A stretch of 57,403 nucleotides of DNA, taken from positions 1 through 57,403 of the forward strand of contig CAZJVE010000007.1 of the NCBI GenBank assembly GCA_964549685.1, written 5' to 3'. Shown piece after piece: positions 1 through 9,555 of this stretch. This DNA is from an uncultured archaeon. Its GTDB lineage: Archaea > Altiarchaeota > Altiarchaeia > IMC4 > QMZM01. The translations under genes and the position numbers were made by a program. Below the pieces are notes generated by a model. That model was not told the DNA's origin, ran no database searches, and saw only the letters and a list, made by a program, of their open reading frames with translations. How positions within the stretch are numbered: the first letter of the stretch is position 1; each line of letters begins with the position of its first letter.

Positions 1-1154
1 CTGACATACCAAATGCCACCGAGCAGCGATATAATAACCAGGATGAAGAGGACATCTCTCAGTCTAATTCTTTTGAGATAGACCATGCCTACAAGACAAA
101 GGATGAAGAATGCAAGATAATAGAAGGCCAGATATGATGTCAATAATGAGAATGCCACAAGAATGGATGACGGTATCATGTACCTGTTATCGCCTTTGAC
201 CAGTGTCAGGATTATGAACAATATGGAGAGGATTATGAACAGCGTCAATAGGATGTAATAGGTGCAGTATACCGAGTATTTGATAAACCACTGGAACATC
301 ACAAGCACCAGTGCTGAGAAGAGCCCATATTTTCTATCCCCGATTAATGACCCCAACCTGTATACGGTCAGTATCACAAGAAGCCCCGCAATCGGCGGGA
401 TTATTCTCAGATAGAAATCATCGAAATTATCTATCAGGATGTAAAGGAAAGCGCCTATGGCGGAAAATAATGGCGGATAATTTGCACTCATCTCAATTCC
501 GATGGAGGGCCCAGCCATCAATGGCATCCCCATGTTTTCATAAATCAACCGTGCAGTTTCTGCGTGATAAATCAGCGCGTCCCACTCCAGAACAGGATAC
601 AAAATGGCGTGATAATGGCTGAAAAAGACAAAGAAGCCGAGAATCAGAACAATTATAACTTCCGTAGTGTGTTGCTTTATATCCCTCATCTCAATCCGCT
701 TGAAGTCCATCTTCCTTATCCTAAACCCGCGGGAATAGGCCAGTCCACCGAGTATCAGAATCAGCGATAGAAGAGCAAGGACTAGCGACAATCTGCTCAG
801 GACACCGGAAACGACAAGAACGGTCGTTATCGTCCCGGCAATCCCCAGCCCCAGAGTTATTGACGTTATTATAAACAATATTCTGTCCCTGTGCGATTCC
901 TTGGGCAGCACCAGATACGTCAGAAACACACCCGCTATGATGATAGACAGGAAAGATACGCCTCCTAGGAGAGGGTTATGCACCTCTATCGGTTTATAGT
1001 GAAACTGTGGATTCAGCATCCATTCCCAAAGCTGATTTACTGTAGCAGAAATCCAATTATAGCTCTGCCCCACGTATATCACTGAGAGAACTGCAAAGAA
1101 TACGAAGGAAACAGCGGTTACGTAATTTATTAGCGTTTCTTTAGTGATTACCAT
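1..1154 (-). CDS. GT-C fold (ArnT/PMT-like) membrane glycosyltransferase, 3'-truncated by window edge
   Basis: Not in the ORF track because there is no stop in the window. Manual translation from ATG 1154 (MVITKETLINY...) stays open to base 1. Many TM segments; loop motifs 'EWDALIYH' and 'NYPPLF' typical of GT-C enzymes. Confidence 0.75.
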   Translation of the reverse strand, partial: MVITKETLINYVTAVSFVFFAVLSVIYVGQSYNWISATVNQLWEWMLNPQFHYKPIEVHNPLLGGVSFLSIIIAGVFLTYLVLPKESHRDRILFIITSITLGLGIAGTITTVLVVSGVLSRLSLVLALLSLILILGGLAYSRGFRIRKMDFKRIEMRDIKQHTTEVIIVLILGFFVFFSHYHAILYPVLEWDALIYHAETARLIYENMGMPLMAGPSIGIEMSANYPPLFSAIGAFLYILIDNFDDFYLRIIPPIAGLLVILTVYRLGSLIGDRKYGLFSALVLVMFQWFIKYSVYCTYYILLTLFIILSILFIILTLVKGDNRYMIPSSILVAFSLLTSYLAFYYLAFFILCLVGMVYLKRIRLRDVLFILVIISLLGGIWYV

Positions 1155-1161
1155 TTTGCTA

Positions 1162-2847
1162 CTATCTAACCTTTGATTTGTATATCAAAAGTACAGGTCT
1201 TTTCTCATCAGGACATTCCCTAAAATAACACTCGTTAGGCATTTCTATCTCCCCTATAACCTCAAAATTATTAATGTGTTGTTCAAACCTATCCTGCACA
1301 TTATTGATTATCTCCATTTCACGCTCCAAACTCATGAACCCATATTCATCCTTGAATGTTAATACACGGTCAAACTGGAGGTAGGTGCTGTTGGGTGGAG
1401 GGCTATGGCAGAGGTCAGATACCCCTAAGCAAAAGTCAGGCACTGCAAAATAAATCCTGATTGGTAATCTGCGATAGTAGGACTCATACCAGATGGCACA
1501 TGAGACCCCCGGGTTGTTTGGGATAATGAGTACCGTAACCGGCTCATGGTCTGTATCTTTACTGATTGTATGTAAAATCTCCTCCGTCTTCCAATCATCT
1601 GTTCTGACTCTGGGCACTATCCATATCTCCCTGGTAAACAGGTTAATGGTACCAACTGGTGGATCAAAATGAATCAACGGGATATTTTTAGGCGTACTAT
1701 CTATGCCATATGAAATTGCAAAATATTGTAGGGAAGCAAGGATTACTATTAATGAGATTAGTATTATTTTTATTCTCTCTGGATTTATCCTTTCAAGCCC
1801 AATTGCAGATATAAGCGCCACTGCTGGGAGGGATGGCATTATGAACCTGAGATCTTTAGTCCTGATAAGTGAGAATATAATAAAAGGTACAATAATCCAT
1901 AAAATTAAAAATGAAACACGGTTTGATTTTAATTTTAGTAGATACAACGTAGCAACTATTAACAATAAAAATGACATGAAAGATAAAACATCAAGTGAGT
2001 TAATAATATAGTACAAAGCCGATTCCATGGTAAATATTCCTGGGAGATTATGTAACTCGCCCCAATCATCCGCATTATAAATTACTTGTTCTAGGAATCG
2101 ACCTGTGTTGGGCACATACCAAACGGATGAAATCAGACAGCAAAATATTACTGAATACAAGATATTGATTATATGCTGCTTACCAATAAATTTTGATTCA
2201 GTTCTTAGGATATAAATCAATGGCCCCATGACGAATATGGGGTAGGTAAACTTCGCAAGCATCCCCAAACCAGATACGATTCCAAAAAGTATCGAGTATT
2301 TCCTGTTTCTAAAACTATCAGTGAGCAGTAAAAGATAAATTCCCAATGAAACCATGGCCACAAGAGAAAGGTCTAACATAAACCACCTGCTCTGCCCGAA
2401 GACCACGGGATACATTGTAATGATAAAGGATGCCAAAATACCGGCATTCTTATTGTACAGCCTCCTCCCCAGGAAATAGACTGAGAATATTATGATGAAC
2501 AAAAAAATACTGTTCATTGCCAATACTGCAGTATCGGGACGTCTTCCGAATATGGCGTAGATGGGCATTACTGCAATCTTTGCGAGTGGCGGATAGGCCG
2601 TATCCACGTCTGCTATTTCCTGCAGGATGTTGATTGAGGGATGACTTAATACTTCAAAGTAGCTAAGACTGACAAGGTAATGTCGGGCAGAGTCCCAAAC
2701 CAATGGGAATGTATCTATTTTCAGCCAGATATAGTTGTTTATCAGATGGAACACCCATAGTGAGATTAAGAACAGATAATGGACGTTGAATGATTCAGTT
2801 ATACCCTTTCTAATCCCTCCTATTTCTAGATTCAACATATTCATCAT
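1162..2847 (-). CDS. GT-C fold glycosyltransferase (ArnT/PMT_2-like), AT-rich
   Basis: 561 aa, multi-TM; 'WDSARHY...YPPL', 'GLGMLAKF', 'KDLRFIMP' motifs. Confidence 0.8.
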   Translation of the reverse strand: MMNMLNLEIGGIRKGITESFNVHYLFLISLWVFHLINNYIWLKIDTFPLVWDSARHYLVSLSYFEVLSHPSINILQEIADVDTAYPPLAKIAVMPIYAIFGRRPDTAVLAMNSIFLFIIIFSVYFLGRRLYNKNAGILASFIITMYPVVFGQSRWFMLDLSLVAMVSLGIYLLLLTDSFRNRKYSILFGIVSGLGMLAKFTYPIFVMGPLIYILRTESKFIGKQHIINILYSVIFCCLISSVWYVPNTGRFLEQVIYNADDWGELHNLPGIFTMESALYYIINSLDVLSFMSFLLLIVATLYLLKLKSNRVSFLILWIIVPFIIFSLIRTKDLRFIMPSLPAVALISAIGLERINPERIKIILISLIVILASLQYFAISYGIDSTPKNIPLIHFDPPVGTINLFTREIWIVPRVRTDDWKTEEILHTISKDTDHEPVTVLIIPNNPGVSCAIWYESYYRRLPIRIYFAVPDFCLGVSDLCHSPPPNSTYLQFDRVLTFKDEYGFMSLEREMEIINNVQDRFEQHINNFEVIGEIEMPNECYFRECPDEKRPVLLIYKSKVR

Positions 2848-2853
2848 CTGTAT

Positions 2854-3933
2854 TCATACAAAGGATTTAATGCATGCCACTGGAAAGTTCTGGATTATGG
2901 TCTGCAAAGCCTCGCAGGGAGTCCAGCATCCCGGGCAATTACTGCTCTTTATTTCTCTTTGAACCCCTTTAAAGGAATCGCCTCTGAGCAATTCTCCAAG
3001 GTCAAATTCATAATCCCTTAGATTCTCAACGGGATTCATCATTATGCACGGCTTTACATTGCCGTGGGGGCCGATGAATACCGAGGCAAATGAGGAATAG
3101 CACGGTATAACCTGCCTGCTCAAATCATTCAGTTGCCTCTTTGCCAGTCTGTAGAATATCTTGCTGGCTATTCCTTCATATCCCCTTATGCCGCTCTTCT
3201 TCAATATTCTGTCCATCCCCCGGACATAGCTGACCGGGACCTTGACGTTTTCCTCATTGTTGTAGTAGTCCGAATTCTGAGCGAAGGCGAACGCAATCTC
3301 ACAGTCCCTGCATATATCCGACTCCAGGAAATCACCCAGCTCATCAACATTATACTCGCTTATCACCGTTTCGGCATACACGTTCAGGTTCTTATACCTC
3401 TCCGAGAGCTTTTTGAGCGAATATATGGTATCCGTGGTCTTTTCATAGGACCCCTTGATTCCCCGCAGCCTTTCATGCACCTTCTCAGTCCCGTCAAGGC
3501 TAATTACGCTGAAGAATCTCCTGGACGGGTTCATGGATAGAATCTCCTCCATGTCTGCAAGAACCTTATCGCTTGAGAGACCGTTCGTGTTTATGCTTAT
3601 CAGCGAGAGATTCCTGCAGTTTTTCGTTGCACTGTTAACTATGTCCACGAGGTCATCTCTCATGAAAGGCTCACCACCCGTTAGAGAAAGCCAGAGAAGG
3701 GAATTTCCCATATCCCTGAAAATCAACTCAATCTCTTCCAGAGTGAGCTCTTCTTTCCTCAGTCCGGGCTTTTCCTTATATATCTTCCATATGCCACACA
3801 GCTTACATCTGCTGTTGCACGAGTAGGTTACAGAAAAGGTTATCTTATATGGCATCTGGAACGGAAAACCAAGATTCCTGTAGGAAATGCATTTCAGTGC
3901 TCTGGTTGCAAGTTTTGGAGGGAACAAATCCAT
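2854..3933 (-). CDS. Radical SAM protein with SPASM/twitch-type C-terminal Cys cluster
   Basis: CxxxCxxC (CNSRCKLC), 'TGGEP', C-terminal C...GNVKPC...CPGCWTPC. Start moved to ATG 3933 (MDLFPP) to avoid overlap with the divergent gene. Confidence 0.85.
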   Translation of the reverse strand: MDLFPPKLATRALKCISYRNLGFPFQMPYKITFSVTYSCNSRCKLCGIWKIYKEKPGLRKEELTLEEIELIFRDMGNSLLWLSLTGGEPFMRDDLVDIVNSATKNCRNLSLISINTNGLSSDKVLADMEEILSMNPSRRFFSVISLDGTEKVHERLRGIKGSYEKTTDTIYSLKKLSERYKNLNVYAETVISEYNVDELGDFLESDICRDCEIAFAFAQNSDYYNNEENVKVPVSYVRGMDRILKKSGIRGYEGIASKIFYRLAKRQLNDLSRQVIPCYSSFASVFIGPHGNVKPCIMMNPVENLRDYEFDLGELLRGDSFKGVQREIKSSNCPGCWTPCEALQTIIQNFPVACIKSFV

Positions 3934-3974
3934 TATTTTAACATTTCCATTCAAATCTAATAAACAGGAAAAGG

Positions 3975-4805
3975 ATGAAAACCCCAAACCTCGCTCCTGA
4001 GGAGATGCGGCTGGACATCGAGTACGTGAACAGAATTCTCGGGATGGAATTTACTAGCAAAGACGTTAAAGAACTGCTCGAAAGGATGCGCTATGGGGTG
4101 AATCTGAAGGCCAATAAAATCCAAGTCCTTATTCCGGCCTACAGGGCTGACATCTTGCATCCAATCGACCTGGTTGAGGACATAGCCATTGCTTATGGCT
4201 ATGACAGATTCAAGCCGGAATTACCCGGGCTATACACCCCCGGCTCGAAGGAAGGGATTGAGAAATTCTCATCGAGCACGAGGGAATTAATGATTGGTTC
4301 TGGCTTCCAGGAGATAATGAGCCTGATTCTCACAAACAAAGAATCCCTCTTCAGCATGATGAATCTCCCTGAGGAGGATGCGGTTGAAACGAAGCACCCT
4401 GTATCTCTTGAGCATTCCGTTGCAAGGACCTGGCTTCTCCCGGCATTAATGTCAATCCTCCAGAGGAACAAGAATCGCGAATATCCGCAGAAGTTGTTTG
4501 AGCTCGGTCTCTGCATAGACTCAAAGGGAATGGATAACAGAAAACTGGCAGGGGTCATTGCCCACTCGACAACAAACTTCTCGGAGATGAAGGCAACAAT
4601 AACCGGCATAATGGAGAGCATCGGTCTGGAATACAGGATAAAGAAGTCAAATCATGGCTCCTTCATTCCCGGAAGGGCCGCTTCCATCGGCCACGGACTA
4701 TTTGGTGAGATTCATCCGCAAGTGCTTGATAATTTCGGACTCGAGGTTCCTGTGACGGCATTCGAGCTCAACCTGGACGAGATTTTTGCAAAACTGAGTG
4801 ACTGA
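3975..4805 (+). CDS. pheT: Phenylalanine-tRNA ligase beta subunit, C-terminal half only (B5 plus catalytic-like domain)
   Basis: 'PAYRADILHPIDLVEDIAIAYGY' B5 motif, 'RTWLLPAL', 'YPQKLFE', 'GEIHP'. 276 aa versus about 550 for a typical archaeal beta subunit; in-frame stop at 3939-3941 upstream. Confidence 0.85.
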   Translation: MKTPNLAPEEMRLDIEYVNRILGMEFTSKDVKELLERMRYGVNLKANKIQVLIPAYRADILHPIDLVEDIAIAYGYDRFKPELPGLYTPGSKEGIEKFSSSTRELMIGSGFQEIMSLILTNKESLFSMMNLPEEDAVETKHPVSLEHSVARTWLLPALMSILQRNKNREYPQKLFELGLCIDSKGMDNRKLAGVIAHSTTNFSEMKATITGIMESIGLEYRIKKSNHGSFIPGRAASIGHGLFGEIHPQVLDNFGLEVPVTAFELNLDEIFAKLSD

Positions 4806-4852
4806 CAGGAATTTATCCGTTCAGTTCCATATATCTTCTCTAACAATTCAAG

Positions 4853-5941
4853 ATGGACGCGAAACAGGCATACAAACTAAGGAAGCTGGTGAATGAGCTT
4901 AAGAGCAAGCAGGGCAGGCATACGGAGCTTGTCTCAGTGTACATTCCGTCCGGATATAACATAAATAATGTCTTGAATCAGCTGGCGAACGAGCAGGGAA
5001 CAGCCTCCAATATCAAATCAAAATCCACCCGGAAGAACGTCACGGACGCCCTGGAAAGGGCAATCCAGAACCTCCGGCTCTTCAAGCAGACGCCTGCCAA
5101 CGGCCTTGCGCTCTTCTCCGGCAACGTATCGGAGAGGGAGGGCGTTCAGGACCTGCAGATTTGGAGCGTCGAACCCCAGGAGCCGATAAAGACCAGAATC
5201 TATCAGTGCGACCAGAAATTTGTTACCGAGCCATTGGAGGATTTGATAATTCCAAAGGACGTCTACGGCCTTATAGCAATAGACAATAAGACCGCAACCA
5301 TTGCAACCCTGAAGGGTGATAACTACAATGTCGTCAAAAAACTTACTTCCGGCTATTCAGGAAAGCACAGGGCGGGCGGGCAATCACAGAGGAGGTTCGA
5401 ACGGCTAATAAGGGAACAGTCCCATGAATTCAAGGTGAAGGTCGCGGAGAGAGCGACGAATACCCTATTGCCCAACGTAAAGAACCTAAAAGGCATAATA
5501 ATCGGTGGCCCCGCAGGCACGAAGGACGATTTTGTTGATGGCGATTACTTGCATCATGAGCTGAAAAAGAAGATTATTGCAGTAAAAGACATTACCTATA
5601 CCGACGAATCAGGTATACGGGAATTGATTGGTAAGTCTCAAGACGTCCTGGCCGAGGTACAGATGGTGCACCAGAAATCCCTTATGCAGAGGTTCATGAA
5701 GGGTCTGATACACGATGGCAACATAGCCTATGGCGACGATATCAAGAATGCCCTCGATGCAGGGGCAGTGGAAACACTCCTTATATCCGAGAACCTTCCC
5801 GAGGAGGAAATCGACTCCCTGTATGACGCTGCGAAGGCAACCAATGCAAATGTTGAGATAGTCCCTGACAATTTTGAGGAGGGTTTTCAGCTCTGGAACA
5901 CCTTTGGAGGCAAGGCAGCCCTGCTCAGGTTCAAGGTCTGA
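4853..5941 (+). CDS. prf1: Peptide chain release factor aRF1
   Basis: NIKS, YxCxxxF (YQCDQKF) and GGQ motifs. Confidence 0.97.
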   Translation: MDAKQAYKLRKLVNELKSKQGRHTELVSVYIPSGYNINNVLNQLANEQGTASNIKSKSTRKNVTDALERAIQNLRLFKQTPANGLALFSGNVSEREGVQDLQIWSVEPQEPIKTRIYQCDQKFVTEPLEDLIIPKDVYGLIAIDNKTATIATLKGDNYNVVKKLTSGYSGKHRAGGQSQRRFERLIREQSHEFKVKVAERATNTLLPNVKNLKGIIIGGPAGTKDDFVDGDYLHHELKKKIIAVKDITYTDESGIRELIGKSQDVLAEVQMVHQKSLMQRFMKGLIHDGNIAYGDDIKNALDAGAVETLLISENLPEEEIDSLYDAAKATNANVEIVPDNFEEGFQLWNTFGGKAALLRFKV

Positions 5942-5997
5942 GATTCCTATTTATACGAGCGATTTTAATAAATAAGGTGGTCTTCGGAGGTAAAAAA

Positions 5998-7632
5998 TTG
6001 CAGAAATTTAGGTATCACGCTTTAATTCTAACCGTTCTGTTTGCAATTTCCGCACTTGGTGTGGGCGAGTATTACTGCGATGTCGAGATAAAGGACCCTG
6101 TCAAGGGGATAGATGTTCTTGTCGAAGACTGCAGCAATGTAGGCACATTCTCTATCGGTGGAATCTATAATGGCCAGTGGGAAAGGCTGACCTATAACTA
6201 CCCAATTCCTTGGAGGGGCACGTTCATCAGCGTCAAAGTGGGGGACAAGATATATTCCAATTCAGTCCAGCCAAAGGATAAGATATCCCTGGACGACTAT
6301 GTTATTCAATATCCTCGGGTGGAGGGCAATGCAATAATAACGCGGTGGGAACTTCCCGAGAACCTGGTGCTGGAGCAGAAGATAGAGGTTCTCGATAACA
6401 TTGCGAGAATCAGGATAAAGGTGACCAATTCCGATTCAAGCTCACTCAATGCCGGAGTGAGGCTCCATCTCGATACAATGCTCGGCTATAATGACGGCGC
6501 TCCAATCTATATCTATGGGGAGGGCCTGCAGAGCTATGAGAAGGAATACTTGGAATCTGACATGGGCTTCAAGTACTGGGAGGCATACGACCGGGAGGAG
6601 AACCCCAGCATAGTCTCAACAGGAGCCATAAAGAACGAGGACCTGACCTATACTGCTCCAAGCAGTCTAATACTCGCCAACTGGAAGACGAGCATGCGCT
6701 CAGCCTGGGATTATAGTGCTGACAGTTCCATTCCAATCACCGGGGACTCTGCCGTAATCCTGTACTACCCCGAGGAGCTGCTGCTGCCCGGGGAGTCAAG
6801 GGAAGTGGTATTCGGCTATGGCAGGGGCGAGGGGGCCAAGGAAACCGAGCCTGTAACCACCATACCCACAACCGTCCCAGAGACAGGTTCACCAACCACG
6901 GTTCCGGTCTCAAATGAACTTGGCATAAAGAGCGTGGTTGCCGACAGGCAGGATTCATACTGCCCGGGGGATTCCGTAACGATAGGGGCTAACCTTGAAA
7001 ACGGGAACGAAGAGAATTCAGGCACCGTAAAGGTCGAGGTCAAGGACAACGAAGGCAAGACTCTCTTTGTCGAGAGAAAGGAGACAGGGGTTCTGAATCC
7101 AGGCTGGGCAGGAGCATTGAGATTCACCTGGGAAGCCGTTGATGTGGGGCTAGAGGACTTTACAGTAATTGCAAGCCTATATGATTCCGAAAACAGGGAG
7201 ACGGACAGAAAAACAGCAACAATCAGAATCGACAGGCTTTCCTGCCCGCAGGAGGCGGTAGCAATGAACCCGTTCTTCCTTGGGCTTCTACTTGCATTAA
7301 TACTGATAGTTCTTGCTTACATAATCTACACGAGGATGCCCCATGGCATGGTCGAGGTAAAGAAGCTAAAGGACGGGGACCTTTCAAAGATTGTCGTCTG
7401 GAACAAGACGAACTACCCCATAAAGAAATGTGTATTGCATGACAAGCTGGTGAAGGGCGCTGAAGTAAGCGTTTCAACAATTAACGTCCATAGGCACGGC
7501 AATTCATTAACATGGAATCTTGGCAGCCTGAAGCCGGGCGAGAAAGCGGTTCTTGAATACACAATCAAGGGAGCAAACGTCCTTCCCAAGGCAACGCTTT
7601 CCTGGGAAGGTGGAGAGGCCGAATCCTCCTAG
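5998..7632 (+). CDS. Membrane-anchored cell-surface protein (signal peptide, beta-rich domains, Thr/Pro linker, TM helix, C-terminal DUF11/Ig-like domain)
   Basis: TTG at 5998 preceded by GGAGGT (5986-5991); hydrophobic N-terminus; 'PVTTIPTTVPETGSPTTVP' linker; TM 'FFLGLLLALILIVLAYIIY'; 'LTWNLGSLKPGE' motif. Confidence 0.7.
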   Translation: MQKFRYHALILTVLFAISALGVGEYYCDVEIKDPVKGIDVLVEDCSNVGTFSIGGIYNGQWERLTYNYPIPWRGTFISVKVGDKIYSNSVQPKDKISLDDYVIQYPRVEGNAIITRWELPENLVLEQKIEVLDNIARIRIKVTNSDSSSLNAGVRLHLDTMLGYNDGAPIYIYGEGLQSYEKEYLESDMGFKYWEAYDREENPSIVSTGAIKNEDLTYTAPSSLILANWKTSMRSAWDYSADSSIPITGDSAVILYYPEELLLPGESREVVFGYGRGEGAKETEPVTTIPTTVPETGSPTTVPVSNELGIKSVVADRQDSYCPGDSVTIGANLENGNEENSGTVKVEVKDNEGKTLFVERKETGVLNPGWAGALRFTWEAVDVGLEDFTVIASLYDSENRETDRKTATIRIDRLSCPQEAVAMNPFFLGLLLALILIVLAYIIYTRMPHGMVEVKKLKDGDLSKIVVWNKTNYPIKKCVLHDKLVKGAEVSVSTINVHRHGNSLTWNLGSLKPGEKAVLEYTIKGANVLPKATLSWEGGEAESS

Positions 7633-8573
7633 ACAGATTCAATACTTTTTATCCACTCAACCTCCTTCTCAAGGCCTTCCCTGAGGGACACCTTTGGCTT
7701 ATACCCGAGGTCCTTGGCTGCCCTGCTCGTATCTGCATACGTATGTTTCACATCACCCTTCTGGATTTCAGTATTCCTCACAATGGCATTCTTCCCTGTA
7801 ATCTCCTCCAGAACCTTGATGCAGTTATTCACGGTTGTTCTGGAGCCGCCTGCAATGTTATACAATCCTGCATCCTTCTTTGACTTCATTGCAAGGATAT
7901 TGGCCTCAACGGCATCATCTATGTATGTGAAATCCCTCGTCTGTTTTCCATTACCATAAACCAGAATCTCCCTGTCATTCAGAATTGCCCTGGTGAATCT
8001 GTTGAATGCCATGTCCGGCCTCTGCCTTGGTCCATAGATTGTAAAGTATCGCAGGGACATGGAATTGATGCCGTAGTTCTTGTAGTACAGGTGGCATAGA
8101 TGCTCCCCGGCCAGCTTTGAGACGCCGTAGGGGGAGATGGGCCTCGGCAAATCCGACTCCTTCATGGGCAATGAGTCAGTATCTCCATAGACGGAGGAGG
8201 AGGACGCATAGATAACCTTCTTGACGTCGGATTTCCTGCAGGCCTCGAGGAGCCTCTGCGTCGCAAGTATATTGTTGTCTGTATAGACTCCAAAATTCCT
8301 GCCCCAGGAGTGCCTCACCCCCGCCTGTGCTGCCTGGTGGAACACATAGTCCACATCATTTAGAATCTCATTGAGGTCCAGATTGAGGAGGGAGTAGGGA
8401 GTGAAAAGGAAATTCTCATTCTCCTTAAGGCCTTTAAGATTCATCTCCTTCATATCCCTCGGATAGTAGTCTATGAAGCAGTCTACACCTATCACTCTGT
8501 GACCTAATTCCAGAAGCCTTTCCGTTAACCAGCTTCCTATAAAGCCCGCGCACCCAGTAACCAGCGAAGTCAT
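7629..8573 (-). CDS. NAD-dependent nucleotide-sugar epimerase/dehydratase (extended SDR)
   Basis: TGCAGFIG, 'ASSSSVYG', YxxxK (YGVSK), 'YGPRQRPDMA'. Confidence 0.92.
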   Translation of the reverse strand: MTSLVTGCAGFIGSWLTERLLELGHRVIGVDCFIDYYPRDMKEMNLKGLKENENFLFTPYSLLNLDLNEILNDVDYVFHQAAQAGVRHSWGRNFGVYTDNNILATQRLLEACRKSDVKKVIYASSSSVYGDTDSLPMKESDLPRPISPYGVSKLAGEHLCHLYYKNYGINSMSLRYFTIYGPRQRPDMAFNRFTRAILNDREILVYGNGKQTRDFTYIDDAVEANILAMKSKKDAGLYNIAGGSRTTVNNCIKVLEEITGKNAIVRNTEIQKGDVKHTYADTSRAAKDLGYKPKVSLREGLEKEVEWIKSIESV

Positions 8574-9490
8574 TCCTCTTTCCTGTTAAAATAATCGAAT
8601 GTGAGCTTAAGACCCTCTTCGAGCGAAACCCCTGGCTCCCAGCCAAGCCCCTCTTTTGCCATGGAATTGTCAAGGACGCTTCTCCTCACCTCACCCTTCC
8701 TCTCATCGCCATGAATCGGCTCTATGCCCTTCCCGGCAATCTTTGCCAACCTTTCATACAGTTCGTTGACGGAGGTCTCCTTGTTCGTCGATATGTTAAA
8801 CTCACCGTTGCCCTTTTCCAGGGCTATGATGGTTGCATCGACCACGTCTCCAACATATGTGAAGTCCCTGGTCTGCTCCCCGTCGCCAAATATAGTTACC
8901 TTTTCATCGTTCACCAGTTTCTTGCAGAATATTGCAACCACTCCCCCCTCCCCCGAGGAATCCTGCCTTGGGCCATAGACATTCGGGTACCTGAGCGATA
9001 CATAGTCTATGCCATAGAGCTTATTGTAGAGGGCAAGATAATGCTCCACAGTATGCTTGGAAACCCCGTAGGGGCTCTCAGGGCTTACTGGGTGCGACTC
9101 TTTCATCGGCAGATTGTCCTGATTGCCGCTCATTGCTCCCCCAGAATTCCCGTAAACGAATCTCCCCACCCCGTATCTCCTGCAGTTCTCCAGCAGATTT
9201 ATGCTCCCTACTATATTGCTGGTGGCATCGAGAACAGGGTCCTCAAGGGACCTGGTGACCCTGACCTGGGCTGCCTGGTGGATTACGTGAGTGAAATTAC
9301 CATTTTTGAATATATCTGCAATACCATCTGAATTTATGTCCAGCTTGTGGAATTCTGCCTTGGGATTCAGGTTCTCCTCACTTCCAGTACTCAGGTCGTC
9401 TATCACCGCCACTTCATGCCCTTTCTCTACCAGTTCATCCACCAAATGGGAGCCGATAAACCCTGCTCCCCCGGTAACAAGAATCTTCAT
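8570..9490 (-). CDS. galE: UDP-glucose 4-epimerase-like extended SDR
   Basis: TGGAGFIG, YGVSK, 'RYPNVYGPRQ', 'GEGGVVAIF'. Confidence 0.8.
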   Translation of the reverse strand: MKILVTGGAGFIGSHLVDELVEKGHEVAVIDDLSTGSEENLNPKAEFHKLDINSDGIADIFKNGNFTHVIHQAAQVRVTRSLEDPVLDATSNIVGSINLLENCRRYGVGRFVYGNSGGAMSGNQDNLPMKESHPVSPESPYGVSKHTVEHYLALYNKLYGIDYVSLRYPNVYGPRQDSSGEGGVVAIFCKKLVNDEKVTIFGDGEQTRDFTYVGDVVDATIIALEKGNGEFNISTNKETSVNELYERLAKIAGKGIEPIHGDERKGEVRRSVLDNSMAKEGLGWEPGVSLEEGLKLTFDYFNRKEE

Positions 9491-9555
9491 CTTATCAATA
9501 GGTATTTATAATGTGAAGGGAGTAATAAATGACATATCCCAATATATTAACTAAG

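Noticed and set aside
208-241. 13-bp direct repeat AGGATTATGAACA
   Set aside because: It encodes a repeated LFIIL within a TM helix; a trivial local duplication.
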